DNA of 64,000 bases from Candidatus Heimdallarchaeum endolithica. GTDB taxonomy: Archaea > Asgardarchaeota > Heimdallarchaeia > Heimdallarchaeales > Heimdallarchaeaceae. Every line of letters begins with the position of its first letter. Position 1 is the first letter of the stretch. The translations under genes were made by a program, and so were the position numbers. The stretch spans positions 224,001 through 288,000 of the forward strand of contig CP084167.1 of NCBI GenBank assembly GCA_021513715.1, in the 5' to 3' direction. The notes beneath the pieces are model-generated. The model made no database searches and had not been told where the DNA came from. It worked only from the letters and a program-made list of their open reading frames with translations. Shown here in pieces: positions 47,833 to 56,763 of this stretch.

Positions 47833-49749
47833 TCAAGAGTTCTTTTTCTTTGAATTTAAACTGAAACGAGCTGGTTTTTTCTTTTGCTTTATTGGATTTT
47901 CTACTATTTCAGGTTCCAATTCTTCAATATTAATATCCACTTTTTCTAGCCCTTGATAGGCATAATAAGTTGTATAGAGGTCTTGATATATTCCCTTCTT
48001 TTCCATCAATTCTTCATGGGTTCCTACTTCCACAAGCTTTCCATGATCAAGTACAATTATTCTGTCAGCATCTTTAATTGTCGATAACCGATGAGCAATC
48101 ACAAAAGTTGTTCTCCCCTTAAATAGTTCCATTTGTGCAGCTTGAACTAAAGATTCTGTATAAGCATCTAGTCTACTTGTTGCTTCATCTAAAACAAGTA
48201 TTCTAGGATTAGCCAACATTGTTCTTGCAATTGTGATTATTTGTTTTTGACCAGAAGATAGTCTTTTTCCCCCTTCTACTATTTTTGTATTATAACCATG
48301 TTGTAAAGCTTCTATAAATTCATCAGCATTTATTCTTTCACAGATACTACGTACTTCTTCTTCTGTAGCATCAGGTTTTCCATAAACGATATTTTCATAT
48401 ACTGTACCAGAGAATAGAAAAGGTTCTTGACTAACAAGCCCTATTGCCTGTCGTAAAGAGGATTGTGTTACTTCCTTAATGTTTTGATCACCTATACATA
48501 TCTCACCTTCTGTTACATCATAGAAACGAGGAAGTAAATAGGAAAATAGAGTAGTTTTTCCTGCTCCAGTATGTCCCACTACAGCTATTAATTCTCCTGG
48601 TTTAGCTGAAAAATTTATATTTTTTAACACATAATTTCTTTCTTTATATGCAAAACTAACATTCTTAAAATGAACACTATCATCTTCTTCTTGGAGAGGT
48701 TTTGCATCAAGAGCGTCAGAAATAGCTGGCTTAGCATCAAAAATATCTATTATTCTATCCATAGCACCAAAAGCTGATTCTAACTGTGGGAAGGACATTG
48801 CTAACATTACTATCGGAAAGAGAAACTGTTGTGATAAATTGATTGACAAATAGATATCTCCTAAACTTATTACATCTGTCGTTTTGTTCAACCACCCACT
48901 AGTATAGATTATTAATGTAAATAAAGCATAACTCAAAGCATTAATCGATGGCATAACAAACATCATAAGAAATCCGAATTGCTTTGAGTAATTATAGTGT
49001 TGTTGATTTAACTCTCTCAATTCTGTAGCTAGTTCTTCTTCTCTATTAAATGACTTGGCTACTGCTATTCCACTTAATCCCTCTGCCATCTTTCCTGAAA
49101 CATAACCAAAAGCTCTTCTTACACGTAAAACTATTTTTCTACCAAAAAAACTTAGAACTGAACTTATTCCAAAAGCTATAGGAACTGCAGCTATAGAAAT
49201 CAAAGCAATAACCCAATTTGTAACCAATAATAAAACAAAGGAACCTATAATCAATAATAACTGTGCAACTATTGAAGTAGATATTTGTATTCCTGTTGCC
49301 AATTCCCCAGTATCTGAGGTTACTCTTGCTGTTATATTTCCTGATTGTTCATTTTTGATATAAGACATGTCAGAGTAACTTAGTTTTCTATAAAGATCTG
49401 TTCTTACTTCATGAAGCATCTTTGAATTTATTTTAGTAAGAATAATTGTGGATATACTGTTAATTATCCAACCTAAAATAACTAACACAAAGAAAGAGAT
49501 GATCACAGGCATTAATATCTTCATAGTAGCATTTTCTTCTGTAGCTCTATCTATACCTGTTTTTAGAATCAAAGGAGTAACTAATGAGAATAAAGAATAA
49601 ACAATAATCAAAGAAGCTGCGAAAATAATAGACCAAATATAGTTTTTCAGATATTTCCATAAACTGCCTAATAGAACTCTAGTAGAACGTGCTCGCTTAT
49701 GTTTTTCTAATCCAAGAGCTCTTCCAGGCCCTCTATGTCCATGTCCCAT
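47833..49749 (-). CDS. Heterodimeric ABC exporter subunit (TMD-NBD), catalytic Walker B subunit
   Basis: GHTGAGKTT, non-canonical signature LSSGQ, LVLDEATS, IAHRLSTI. Confidence 0.95.
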   Translation of the reverse strand: MGHGHRGPGRALGLEKHKRARSTRVLLGSLWKYLKNYIWSIIFAASLIIVYSLFSLVTPLILKTGIDRATEENATMKILMPVIISFFVLVILGWIINSISTIILTKINSKMLHEVRTDLYRKLSYSDMSYIKNEQSGNITARVTSDTGELATGIQISTSIVAQLLLIIGSFVLLLVTNWVIALISIAAVPIAFGISSVLSFFGRKIVLRVRRAFGYVSGKMAEGLSGIAVAKSFNREEELATELRELNQQHYNYSKQFGFLMMFVMPSINALSYALFTLIIYTSGWLNKTTDVISLGDIYLSINLSQQFLFPIVMLAMSFPQLESAFGAMDRIIDIFDAKPAISDALDAKPLQEEDDSVHFKNVSFAYKERNYVLKNINFSAKPGELIAVVGHTGAGKTTLFSYLLPRFYDVTEGEICIGDQNIKEVTQSSLRQAIGLVSQEPFLFSGTVYENIVYGKPDATEEEVRSICERINADEFIEALQHGYNTKIVEGGKRLSSGQKQIITIARTMLANPRILVLDEATSRLDAYTESLVQAAQMELFKGRTTFVIAHRLSTIKDADRIIVLDHGKLVEVGTHEELMEKKGIYQDLYTTYYAYQGLEKVDINIEELEPEIVENPIKQKKKPARFSLNSKKKNS

Positions 49750-51587
49750 TATTTTCCACCTCCCACGCTTTCAGCAACTGAAGGTTCTAAACCTTCATTA
49801 ATAGGTAAGTGCTTACACATAAATTGATACTCCTCGCAACGTGATAAAAGCTCTTCATGAGTTCCTATATCTACTACTTTTCCTTTTTTCATCAAGATAA
49901 TCATATCAGCTTCTACTAAAGTCGTTAATCTTTGGGTAACCACAATACTTGTTCTTCCTTTCATTAGTTCTTCCATTGCGTAACGCAATCTCAACTCTGT
50001 TTTTATATCTACAGCGCTTGTACTATCATCTAAAAGCAAAAGTTTAGGGTCAGAGAGTAATGCTCTAGCAATAGCTATTCTTTGTCTTTGTCCTCCACTT
50101 AAAGTCACTCCTCTTTCACCTATAACAGTATCATACTTCTGAGGTAAAGATTCAATAAACTGCGCAATTTGAGCTCGTTCTGCTGCAATTTTTATTTCTT
50201 CTTCTGTAGCATTTTGTTTAGAAAAAGAGATATTAGCTTTAATTGTATCAGAAAAGAGAAAAATCTCTTGTTCAACTAATGTTACATGCTGCCTAATATA
50301 TTTAGTATGCATTTGATTTAATGGAGTACCATTTACAAATATTGTCCCTTCGTTTGGGTCATACAAACGTAAAAGAAGTTTGAGGATAGTAGATTTACCA
50401 GAACCAGGACCGCCAATTAAAGCTACACGTGCCCCTGCTGGAATATTAAATGAAACACCAATTAGAGAATATTTTTTCGTACCAGGATAGGCAAAGTTAA
50501 CATTTCTAAATTCAATTCCTTTATTCCAATTTCCAGTAAGTGGGTCTGAAGGTTCTATCAAAGGGTCTTGAAAAGAAATCTTATCCCACAATCTTTTTGC
50601 ATTTTGTATTCCCCCCTGAAGCATTATTAATCTCGCAGGTATCATGAAATTTTGTCTATTTAGAGACATCAGCAAAGCCAGAATTGTAACCAATGTCCCA
50701 ATTGTAAAATACTTATTAACCACCATCCATGAACCATAAGCGAAAGCTCCAGCAGTAAATACAACAGTAATTAGTGCAGGCCAATAAAAGGCACTTAAAT
50801 ATCCTTCTTTCTTCATATCTTCTGCATATCGATAACTTACATGCTCAAACTTTGCTATCTCGTTCTCTTCATTATCAAAAGAACGAACAGTGTCTATACC
50901 TTTAAACATCTCTTGACTTAACGAAGACAGTTCACTCAGATCAGTTGCTAATTTTTTCCTTATTGGACCTACTTTACCTGCATAAATCCAAGCTATTACA
51001 AAATAAATAATAAAAGCAATAGAAATTGATATTCCAATATAGAAATCTGCCCTCCATAAGAAAAAAATAGAAATAATTATTCCTACAACAGAACTCAACA
51101 ACATTCTCAAAGCAGGATTAAAAGCCATTCTAATGCTATTTATTTCATTCATACCCATACTAAGAATAACTCCACTATCATTAATATCAAAAAAAGCCAT
51201 TGAATGCTGTTGAATAACTTCATAAAATTCTTGACGCATATCTCTTTGAATTCTAAATGAAGCAATTGCCCAAACATAAACACTCAGAGATTGAGAGATC
51301 CAGCTTAAAAGAACAAAAATAAGCATTAAGAAAATAGTTTTATTAAAGTTTACTGAAAAACCTTCTTCATGCAAATAGTCAAAAGCTGTCCCTATAAGAG
51401 CAGTTGTGTTTACTGATAAATATGTACTAACAATAAGTAAAAGAAAACCTGCCAAATAATGAAAAGGATAACGTAAAAGTGCTGACCAAAACCATTTATT
51501 AGCATTTTTATATTTTTTTATTATTAGAGCTTGTTTATCTATGTATTCTGATTTTGAATAAACTGAACTTGTCTTCTTCACAAACAT
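49749..51587 (-). CDS. Heterodimeric ABC exporter subunit (TMD-NBD), degenerate-site subunit
   Basis: GGPGSGKST, LSGGQRQR, Walker B LLLDDSTS (E to D), H-loop VTQR (H to Q); the TM287/288-like asymmetry. Confidence 0.95.
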   Translation of the reverse strand: MFVKKTSSVYSKSEYIDKQALIIKKYKNANKWFWSALLRYPFHYLAGFLLLIVSTYLSVNTTALIGTAFDYLHEEGFSVNFNKTIFLMLIFVLLSWISQSLSVYVWAIASFRIQRDMRQEFYEVIQQHSMAFFDINDSGVILSMGMNEINSIRMAFNPALRMLLSSVVGIIISIFFLWRADFYIGISISIAFIIYFVIAWIYAGKVGPIRKKLATDLSELSSLSQEMFKGIDTVRSFDNEENEIAKFEHVSYRYAEDMKKEGYLSAFYWPALITVVFTAGAFAYGSWMVVNKYFTIGTLVTILALLMSLNRQNFMIPARLIMLQGGIQNAKRLWDKISFQDPLIEPSDPLTGNWNKGIEFRNVNFAYPGTKKYSLIGVSFNIPAGARVALIGGPGSGKSTILKLLLRLYDPNEGTIFVNGTPLNQMHTKYIRQHVTLVEQEIFLFSDTIKANISFSKQNATEEEIKIAAERAQIAQFIESLPQKYDTVIGERGVTLSGGQRQRIAIARALLSDPKLLLLDDSTSAVDIKTELRLRYAMEELMKGRTSIVVTQRLTTLVEADMIILMKKGKVVDIGTHEELLSRCEEYQFMCKHLPINEGLEPSVAESVGGGK

Positions 51588-51608
51588 AATAAATACCTTT
51601 AAGCCTTA

Positions 51609-51735
51609 TCATACACGTCATACATGTTATACTTTAAAAATATTTCTTTATACAAATCTTATTCCTTCAATAAAGCCATACAAGCAGTTAAAAAAGATAG
51701 AAACATTTATATCATACAAATCATACTGCTCATAT
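51609..51735. promoter_or_regulatory. Divergent promoter with two triads of TCATAC-like direct repeats (9-bp period)
   Basis: TCATAC 51609, TCATAC 51618, TTATAC 51627; TCATAC 51712, TCATAC 51721, TCATAT 51730; each triad is just downstream of a TATA-like box (minus strand ~51633-51640; plus strand TTTATA 51706-51711). Confidence 0.75.
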
Positions 51736-51741
51736 GATAAT

Positions 51742-52653
51742 ATGGAAACTGTTGAAAAAGAATCGAAAGATGTTACGATAAGGAATGTAGACACAGAATT
51801 ATATGATCAATTTTCAACTTATGCAAAAAAAGAAGGATTAACAACTGGAGAACTATTCAATATTCTTTTCTCTGGATTTATTGATCAAAACATATCTCCA
51901 TTGAGATTAGTGCGTAGAAGGACACATAGAATAAAAAGTCATGAAAGGCCAGAAGTTATTTCTGATATGGATGAGCTTACAATATCAAGAAAAGATTTAG
52001 AAGTACTTAAGGGGAAGAAAACGTTTTTCTTTATTAGAATTAACAATCTAGTTTTTAATGAGGATGTAGATGGAAAACTATTGTCAGAAACCATTCATGC
52101 TATTGGAAAATGTGACAATGTTCAATTCAAAGGAGATGTTCCTAAACTTGTTGAACTAGGACTTGTAATTAAAAAAGGAAGTTACATCTACCCATCTGAT
52201 TCTGAAAAACTTAAAGATATAACCATCAGAAAAGTTTCAAAAGAAGTTTATGATGCTTTTTTAGCTAAAAGTAAAGAGGAAGAAAAAACTACAGGAGAAT
52301 TATTCTCTGAAACTTTGGCTTTCTATCTTCCTACTTTTGAAATATTTGAATATGTACGAATTATTGAGAGAGAAACTAGAACTTACCCTTTAATTGTAAG
52401 AGATATAGAAGAATTAACAGTTTCTAATAAGGATTTAGAGCAAATTTCTCCTAAGAAAGTTCTTTTTTACAGAATCAAAAAAATTACTTTCGAAAAGGAA
52501 GTTTCAGTTCAAAATTTTGAAAAAAGCATAGGTAAAATAATTAAATGTAGACAAGTTTTCATTCCTGAAGAAATACCTAAACTTCTTGCTCTAGCTAGAA
52601 CAACTGAAGGTTGTGAAACTTATTTAGGGAAAGAAAAGATAAGATGTTATTAA
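51742..52653 (+). CDS. Internally duplicated protein: 2 x (ribbon-helix-helix plus unknown domain), putative regulator
   Basis: KDVTIRNVDTELYDQF...TTGELF and KDITIRKVSKEVYDAF...TTGELF, each followed by DxxELTxSxKDLE...RI....F...V...IxKC..V.....PKL. Confidence 0.75.
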   Translation: METVEKESKDVTIRNVDTELYDQFSTYAKKEGLTTGELFNILFSGFIDQNISPLRLVRRRTHRIKSHERPEVISDMDELTISRKDLEVLKGKKTFFFIRINNLVFNEDVDGKLLSETIHAIGKCDNVQFKGDVPKLVELGLVIKKGSYIYPSDSEKLKDITIRKVSKEVYDAFLAKSKEEEKTTGELFSETLAFYLPTFEIFEYVRIIERETRTYPLIVRDIEELTVSNKDLEQISPKKVLFYRIKKITFEKEVSVQNFEKSIGKIIKCRQVFIPEEIPKLLALARTTEGCETYLGKEKIRCY

Positions 52654-52667
52654 GTTTGAGAATTTTA

Positions 52668-53720
52668 CTAATTCTTTTCTTGCCATTTACGGAATTCTGA
52701 ATGAGAAATTAAGTATTGATTTTTTAGGGGTCTTAATCCTTTGTCTAGTTCTTCTCTACTTAACCATTTTATTGATTTATGATCCTTGTAATAAAGTACG
52801 TTTATTGCATGTGGAATGATTTCTCCAATTAAGTGAGTAGAAATTGATTCAGGAATGTCTAACTCTCCGTCACAGACAAAAGGAATAGCATCTTCTAATT
52901 CTACTTCAATTTTTTTTGCTGTAGAATAAATTCCTCCTTTGATTTTAAGATGCTCACCATTAAAGATTGTCATCAATCCTTTCAAAGTTTTAAGTTTAGT
53001 AAAATTTTCTGTTAAAAAGAAATCAAATAATTCTTTTTGTGGATGTGCATCTGGGCAACCTATCATTCCTCCTCCTAATGAAATTCCATTACCAAAAATT
53101 AATAGCATAAGTTTAACATTGTATTTTTTTTCGTCATCAATTGTTACTACAGCTTTTCTTTGTTTCATAGTGACTAATTTTTTCAGAGCTAGCAAAGTAT
53201 ATCTACTAGCACTTTTGATAAACTTTAATTCTCCTTTTTTGTTTCCTAAACCAACTTCAGAAGAGATACCTGCATCTAGCAAATTAATAAAGTATCTTTC
53301 GTATCCTGTATCAACCAAATGAATTTTACCTATTGAAGCTGGAGAAACTGCTGACTTATTGAAAAGTACATCAATTGCGTTTTTCGGATTCCAAGGAAAC
53401 CCGAGAGTAGTAGCGTAATCATTTCCTGTTCCAAAGGGTAAAACTCCTAAAGCTACTTTTTTCCTCTGTTCTGTAGGCAAGTTCATTAGGCCATTTACTA
53501 CTTCATTTAAAGTCCCATCTCCGCTTGCAACAACAATTCTGTTAAAACCGTTTTTTACTGCTTCTTCAGCTAAAATGTTTGCTTGCCTTGGTCCACTAGT
53601 AAAAGAAACATCATAATCTATTTCTTGCTTTTTAACGACTTCTTCTGCTTCTTTCCACCTTTTTTCACATTGTTGAGATCCACTGTTTGGATTAATAATA
53701 AATTTCCATTTATAAGACAT
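52668..53720 (-). CDS. Diacylglycerol-kinase-family lipid kinase (YegS/DagK-like)
   Basis: IINPNSG, SGDGTLNEVVNG, LPFGTGNDYA, FIN...G, NG...GGG, DGE. Confidence 0.92.
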   Translation of the reverse strand: MSYKWKFIINPNSGSQQCEKRWKEAEEVVKKQEIDYDVSFTSGPRQANILAEEAVKNGFNRIVVASGDGTLNEVVNGLMNLPTEQRKKVALGVLPFGTGNDYATTLGFPWNPKNAIDVLFNKSAVSPASIGKIHLVDTGYERYFINLLDAGISSEVGLGNKKGELKFIKSASRYTLLALKKLVTMKQRKAVVTIDDEKKYNVKLMLLIFGNGISLGGGMIGCPDAHPQKELFDFFLTENFTKLKTLKGLMTIFNGEHLKIKGGIYSTAKKIEVELEDAIPFVCDGELDIPESISTHLIGEIIPHAINVLYYKDHKSIKWLSREELDKGLRPLKNQYLISHSEFRKWQEKN

Positions 53721-53783
53721 TGATATTTAAAAATAATATACTTGCTTAAAAAAATATGGTAGAAACGTTAGAAAATAATTTGT

Positions 53784-54569
53784 TTATTCAATAAAAGGCA
53801 AGTAATCTTCTTCATTCGCTACTATATTCTTTATTTCAGTGAATGCTTGTTGCACTTTATCTTCTTCACCTATAATTAGAAAATGCAATGACCCCTCAGC
53901 TTTTCCTACTCCACCTGATCCTATATGAACAAATTCAACTTCTGGAAAGAGATATTCAAAGGCATCTAATTCAGTAAAAACTTCTCCAACTATAGGCATT
54001 AACCCAATAGGATGTCCCATTACAAGTTCTGGTTTAAAAGTTTCATTACCCAACAATTGCGCTAGAAGATAAACGTCTTCAGAGCTTCTTTTAATTAAAC
54101 TAATTGGGACAAGTATGGGAATCCCTCTTGCTACAGCAATTGGTAGGATATTTCCAATTGTTCCCCCATTCGGATGAGCTATGTAAACTCCAGCTATATA
54201 ATTATCATCTAAAACATTACCTCCCTTTACTATTAAATCTTCAGTACTAAACTTCTCTATCTCTTGCTTTGTCTCATCTATCTCTCTTATTTCTTTTTTT
54301 TCTATTACGATTTCTTTCATTCTTTTATCTGCAGAAACTCCACCATACCTTTTTTCAAACTCCTTATCTCCTGTAATTTGCCCAGCAACATAAAACTGTT
54401 TTTGAATTGTTTTTTTCTTAATTTCTTCCAGAATATAAGCGTTTGTTGATCCTCTTGCAAGAAAAATTTTTCCTTTTTCAAATGAATTTTTAAAACTAGG
54501 ATGTTCAAGAATCCCTTTTGCCATTATTCTTTTGCATTCTGGTTGAGTTAAAACAATTAGAGCTTTCAT
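53784..54569 (-). CDS. Conserved-looking hypothetical protein (alpha/beta, Gly-rich)
   Basis: LTQPECKRIMAKG, ARGSTNAYI, VKGGNVLD, HPNGGTIG, IGSGGVGKAEGS; no function recognised. Confidence 0.7.
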   Translation of the reverse strand: MKALIVLTQPECKRIMAKGILEHPSFKNSFEKGKIFLARGSTNAYILEEIKKKTIQKQFYVAGQITGDKEFEKRYGGVSADKRMKEIVIEKKEIREIDETKQEIEKFSTEDLIVKGGNVLDDNYIAGVYIAHPNGGTIGNILPIAVARGIPILVPISLIKRSSEDVYLLAQLLGNETFKPELVMGHPIGLMPIVGEVFTELDAFEYLFPEVEFVHIGSGGVGKAEGSLHFLIIGEEDKVQQAFTEIKNIVANEEDYLPFIE

Positions 54570-54713
54570 AATACTTTTTTCACATTATAAATAAAAATAT
54601 TAGTATTCCATCTTATTCTTACTTCCTTCAATATACTAGGATAAATTCAAACATATTTAGTGTAAAAACTTAAATTCTAGATTTTAATCTGTAAATATAT
54701 AGGGATTGACACA

Positions 54714-56732
54714 ATGCAATTAATATTTGAAGAAATGTTAAAAAGATTAAACGAAACAAGTAAAAAAATTGTAATGAATGAAGTAACTAAACAAAATTCT
54801 TCTAACCCTAACGAGATGCTTCAACAAGGAGCTTTTTCTGCATTGAAAATTCTTTTACATGAAGAGAAAACTATCCCTTCAAACAATCAACAAATAGTTA
54901 CTTTAGCTACTCTTACTTGTTATTTAACTCAAAAAATGAGAGCTACAACAGAGCTTATTGACACTCTTAAGAAAGTTGATGACCCTTTTGTTTCTTTATT
55001 TAATCTCTATTTTCAAGAGAATCCCCAGAATTATACAAAAATAGTAAGAGAGATTGATGCTCAAGAACAAGAAATTAAGAAAAAGAAAAAGATAACAAAC
55101 GAGATTCAAGCAGCAATTTATAATATTCAATCCTGGGTTCATGGACAACAAGGAGAGATAGATAAGATTAAACCTATTTTAGTAACAGTTAAAGAAAGAA
55201 TAAAAGAGTCAAAAGAGATTATAGAACATCATCATCTACATGAAGCTTTTCATAATATAATGTGGTGGTTACTCCATTCAGGTGTAGATGTTAATTATGA
55301 AAAGGAATTTGAATTCATCGAACCTTACATCGAGAAATATGGTTCATATAAAAGTAAAACAACTTTCTTAAACGTAAAGGGGAGTATTAACAGTTATTTT
55401 GGTAAAAACAAAGAAGCTATAAACTGTTTTCAAAAGCTCATTAAAATACATAGTCAATTTAATGATAATTATCGTTTATCCATTGCAACAGGGAATTTAG
55501 CAGAAGTTTTAGCAGTCGAAGGGAAAATAAAAAAAGCGAAAGATATGATGGAAACAGCTATAAGTCTTTATAAGGAAAGTACAGGAAAATGGCCCTATTT
55601 ATACCTGACTGAAATTGGTAACTTATACTTCCTTTTAGGAGATGAGAGAGCAGAAAAATCATTTTTATCAGCTTATGAAATACAAAAAAATGAAAAATCA
55701 ATGCACAAAGCGTTTATTTTGTTTGAACTAATACATTACTTTTTGAGAGTAGAAAAAATAGAAAAAGTGAAGAACTATTTAAAAGAATTAAAAAGTCTAG
55801 CTCGAGAACTTGAAGTTCCTTCAATTAACATTAGAGTTGACTATTTACGAGGTTTCTTGGAAATGCTTCAACATAATCTAACTAGTGCTATTTCTTTCCT
55901 TCACTCTTCACTTGAAAACGCTTCTCTTATTAGTGATACAGAATTAATTCTTTATTCAAACATTCAGTTAGCAGTTGCTTACTTAATTTATTATCGACTA
56001 CTTGAAACTCAAGAAAACCTCAATTTAGCATTAAACTACTGCGAAACTGTTAAACAACTAGCTATAGAATATAAACACAATCAACTTCTGGCAGTAAGTT
56101 TTCTGGTTAACGCGGTTTTAGTAGCAATAGATGGAGATTCTGACACTGCTTTTAATTTGTTATTAGAAGCTCGAAAAATAAGTGAGGAAATAGAATTAGA
56201 CACTCTCAAAAAGGATATAGATGAAGTGGAGAAGAATGTTCGTCTTGCTGAAAAAACAGGTACATTAGAAATAAAAAAACAAAATGTGATCGATTTTATT
56301 CTTCCTCAATTCAAGTCTTTGTTATCTCTTAAAGTAGAGAGTTCAAAAAACCATGAAACAGAGATTTTAGGTCTACTTGTTATTAGCGAAAGTGGTGTTC
56401 CTGTTTATTCAAATCTTAAAGAGAAACTCAAAGCTGATGATATCTTACTTTCAGGTTTACTAATGGCCATAAATCAATTAGCTGAAAGCATTACAGGTGA
56501 TAAGCAAATACGTAGACTGAAAGATGTTTTTTACGAAGATTTTACAATTAGTTTACAAGCAATAAAAAACGGTATTATTGCAGTAATAGCTTCAGAAATG
56601 AGTTCAGAAATAAGAATTTGGACACTTTCCCTAGCTGAAAGAATAAAAGAGATACCAAAAGCTCCAGTAAAACCTCAATTTTATGAAAAAAACATAAGAG
56701 AAATTCTTGAATATACTGGATTTAGTAGATAA
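54714..56732 (+). CDS. TPR-repeat protein with C-terminal longin-like domain
   Basis: TPRs (TGNLAEVLAVEGKIKKAKDMMETAI, LTEIGNLYFLLGD); C-terminal ILGLLVISESGVPVYS...DDILLSGLLMAINQLAESI. Confidence 0.8.
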   Translation: MQLIFEEMLKRLNETSKKIVMNEVTKQNSSNPNEMLQQGAFSALKILLHEEKTIPSNNQQIVTLATLTCYLTQKMRATTELIDTLKKVDDPFVSLFNLYFQENPQNYTKIVREIDAQEQEIKKKKKITNEIQAAIYNIQSWVHGQQGEIDKIKPILVTVKERIKESKEIIEHHHLHEAFHNIMWWLLHSGVDVNYEKEFEFIEPYIEKYGSYKSKTTFLNVKGSINSYFGKNKEAINCFQKLIKIHSQFNDNYRLSIATGNLAEVLAVEGKIKKAKDMMETAISLYKESTGKWPYLYLTEIGNLYFLLGDERAEKSFLSAYEIQKNEKSMHKAFILFELIHYFLRVEKIEKVKNYLKELKSLARELEVPSINIRVDYLRGFLEMLQHNLTSAISFLHSSLENASLISDTELILYSNIQLAVAYLIYYRLLETQENLNLALNYCETVKQLAIEYKHNQLLAVSFLVNAVLVAIDGDSDTAFNLLLEARKISEEIELDTLKKDIDEVEKNVRLAEKTGTLEIKKQNVIDFILPQFKSLLSLKVESSKNHETEILGLLVISESGVPVYSNLKEKLKADDILLSGLLMAINQLAESITGDKQIRRLKDVFYEDFTISLQAIKNGIIAVIASEMSSEIRIWTLSLAERIKEIPKAPVKPQFYEKNIREILEYTGFSR

Positions 56733-56763
56733 AGAGGAAGTTTTAGGCTCTTTTAAAACGAGA

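Noticed and set aside
51609-51735. Mini-CRISPR or iteron/origin
   Set aside because: Repeats are 6 bp with 3-bp spacers, and there is no cas, rep or orc1/cdc6 gene; the position fits operators.
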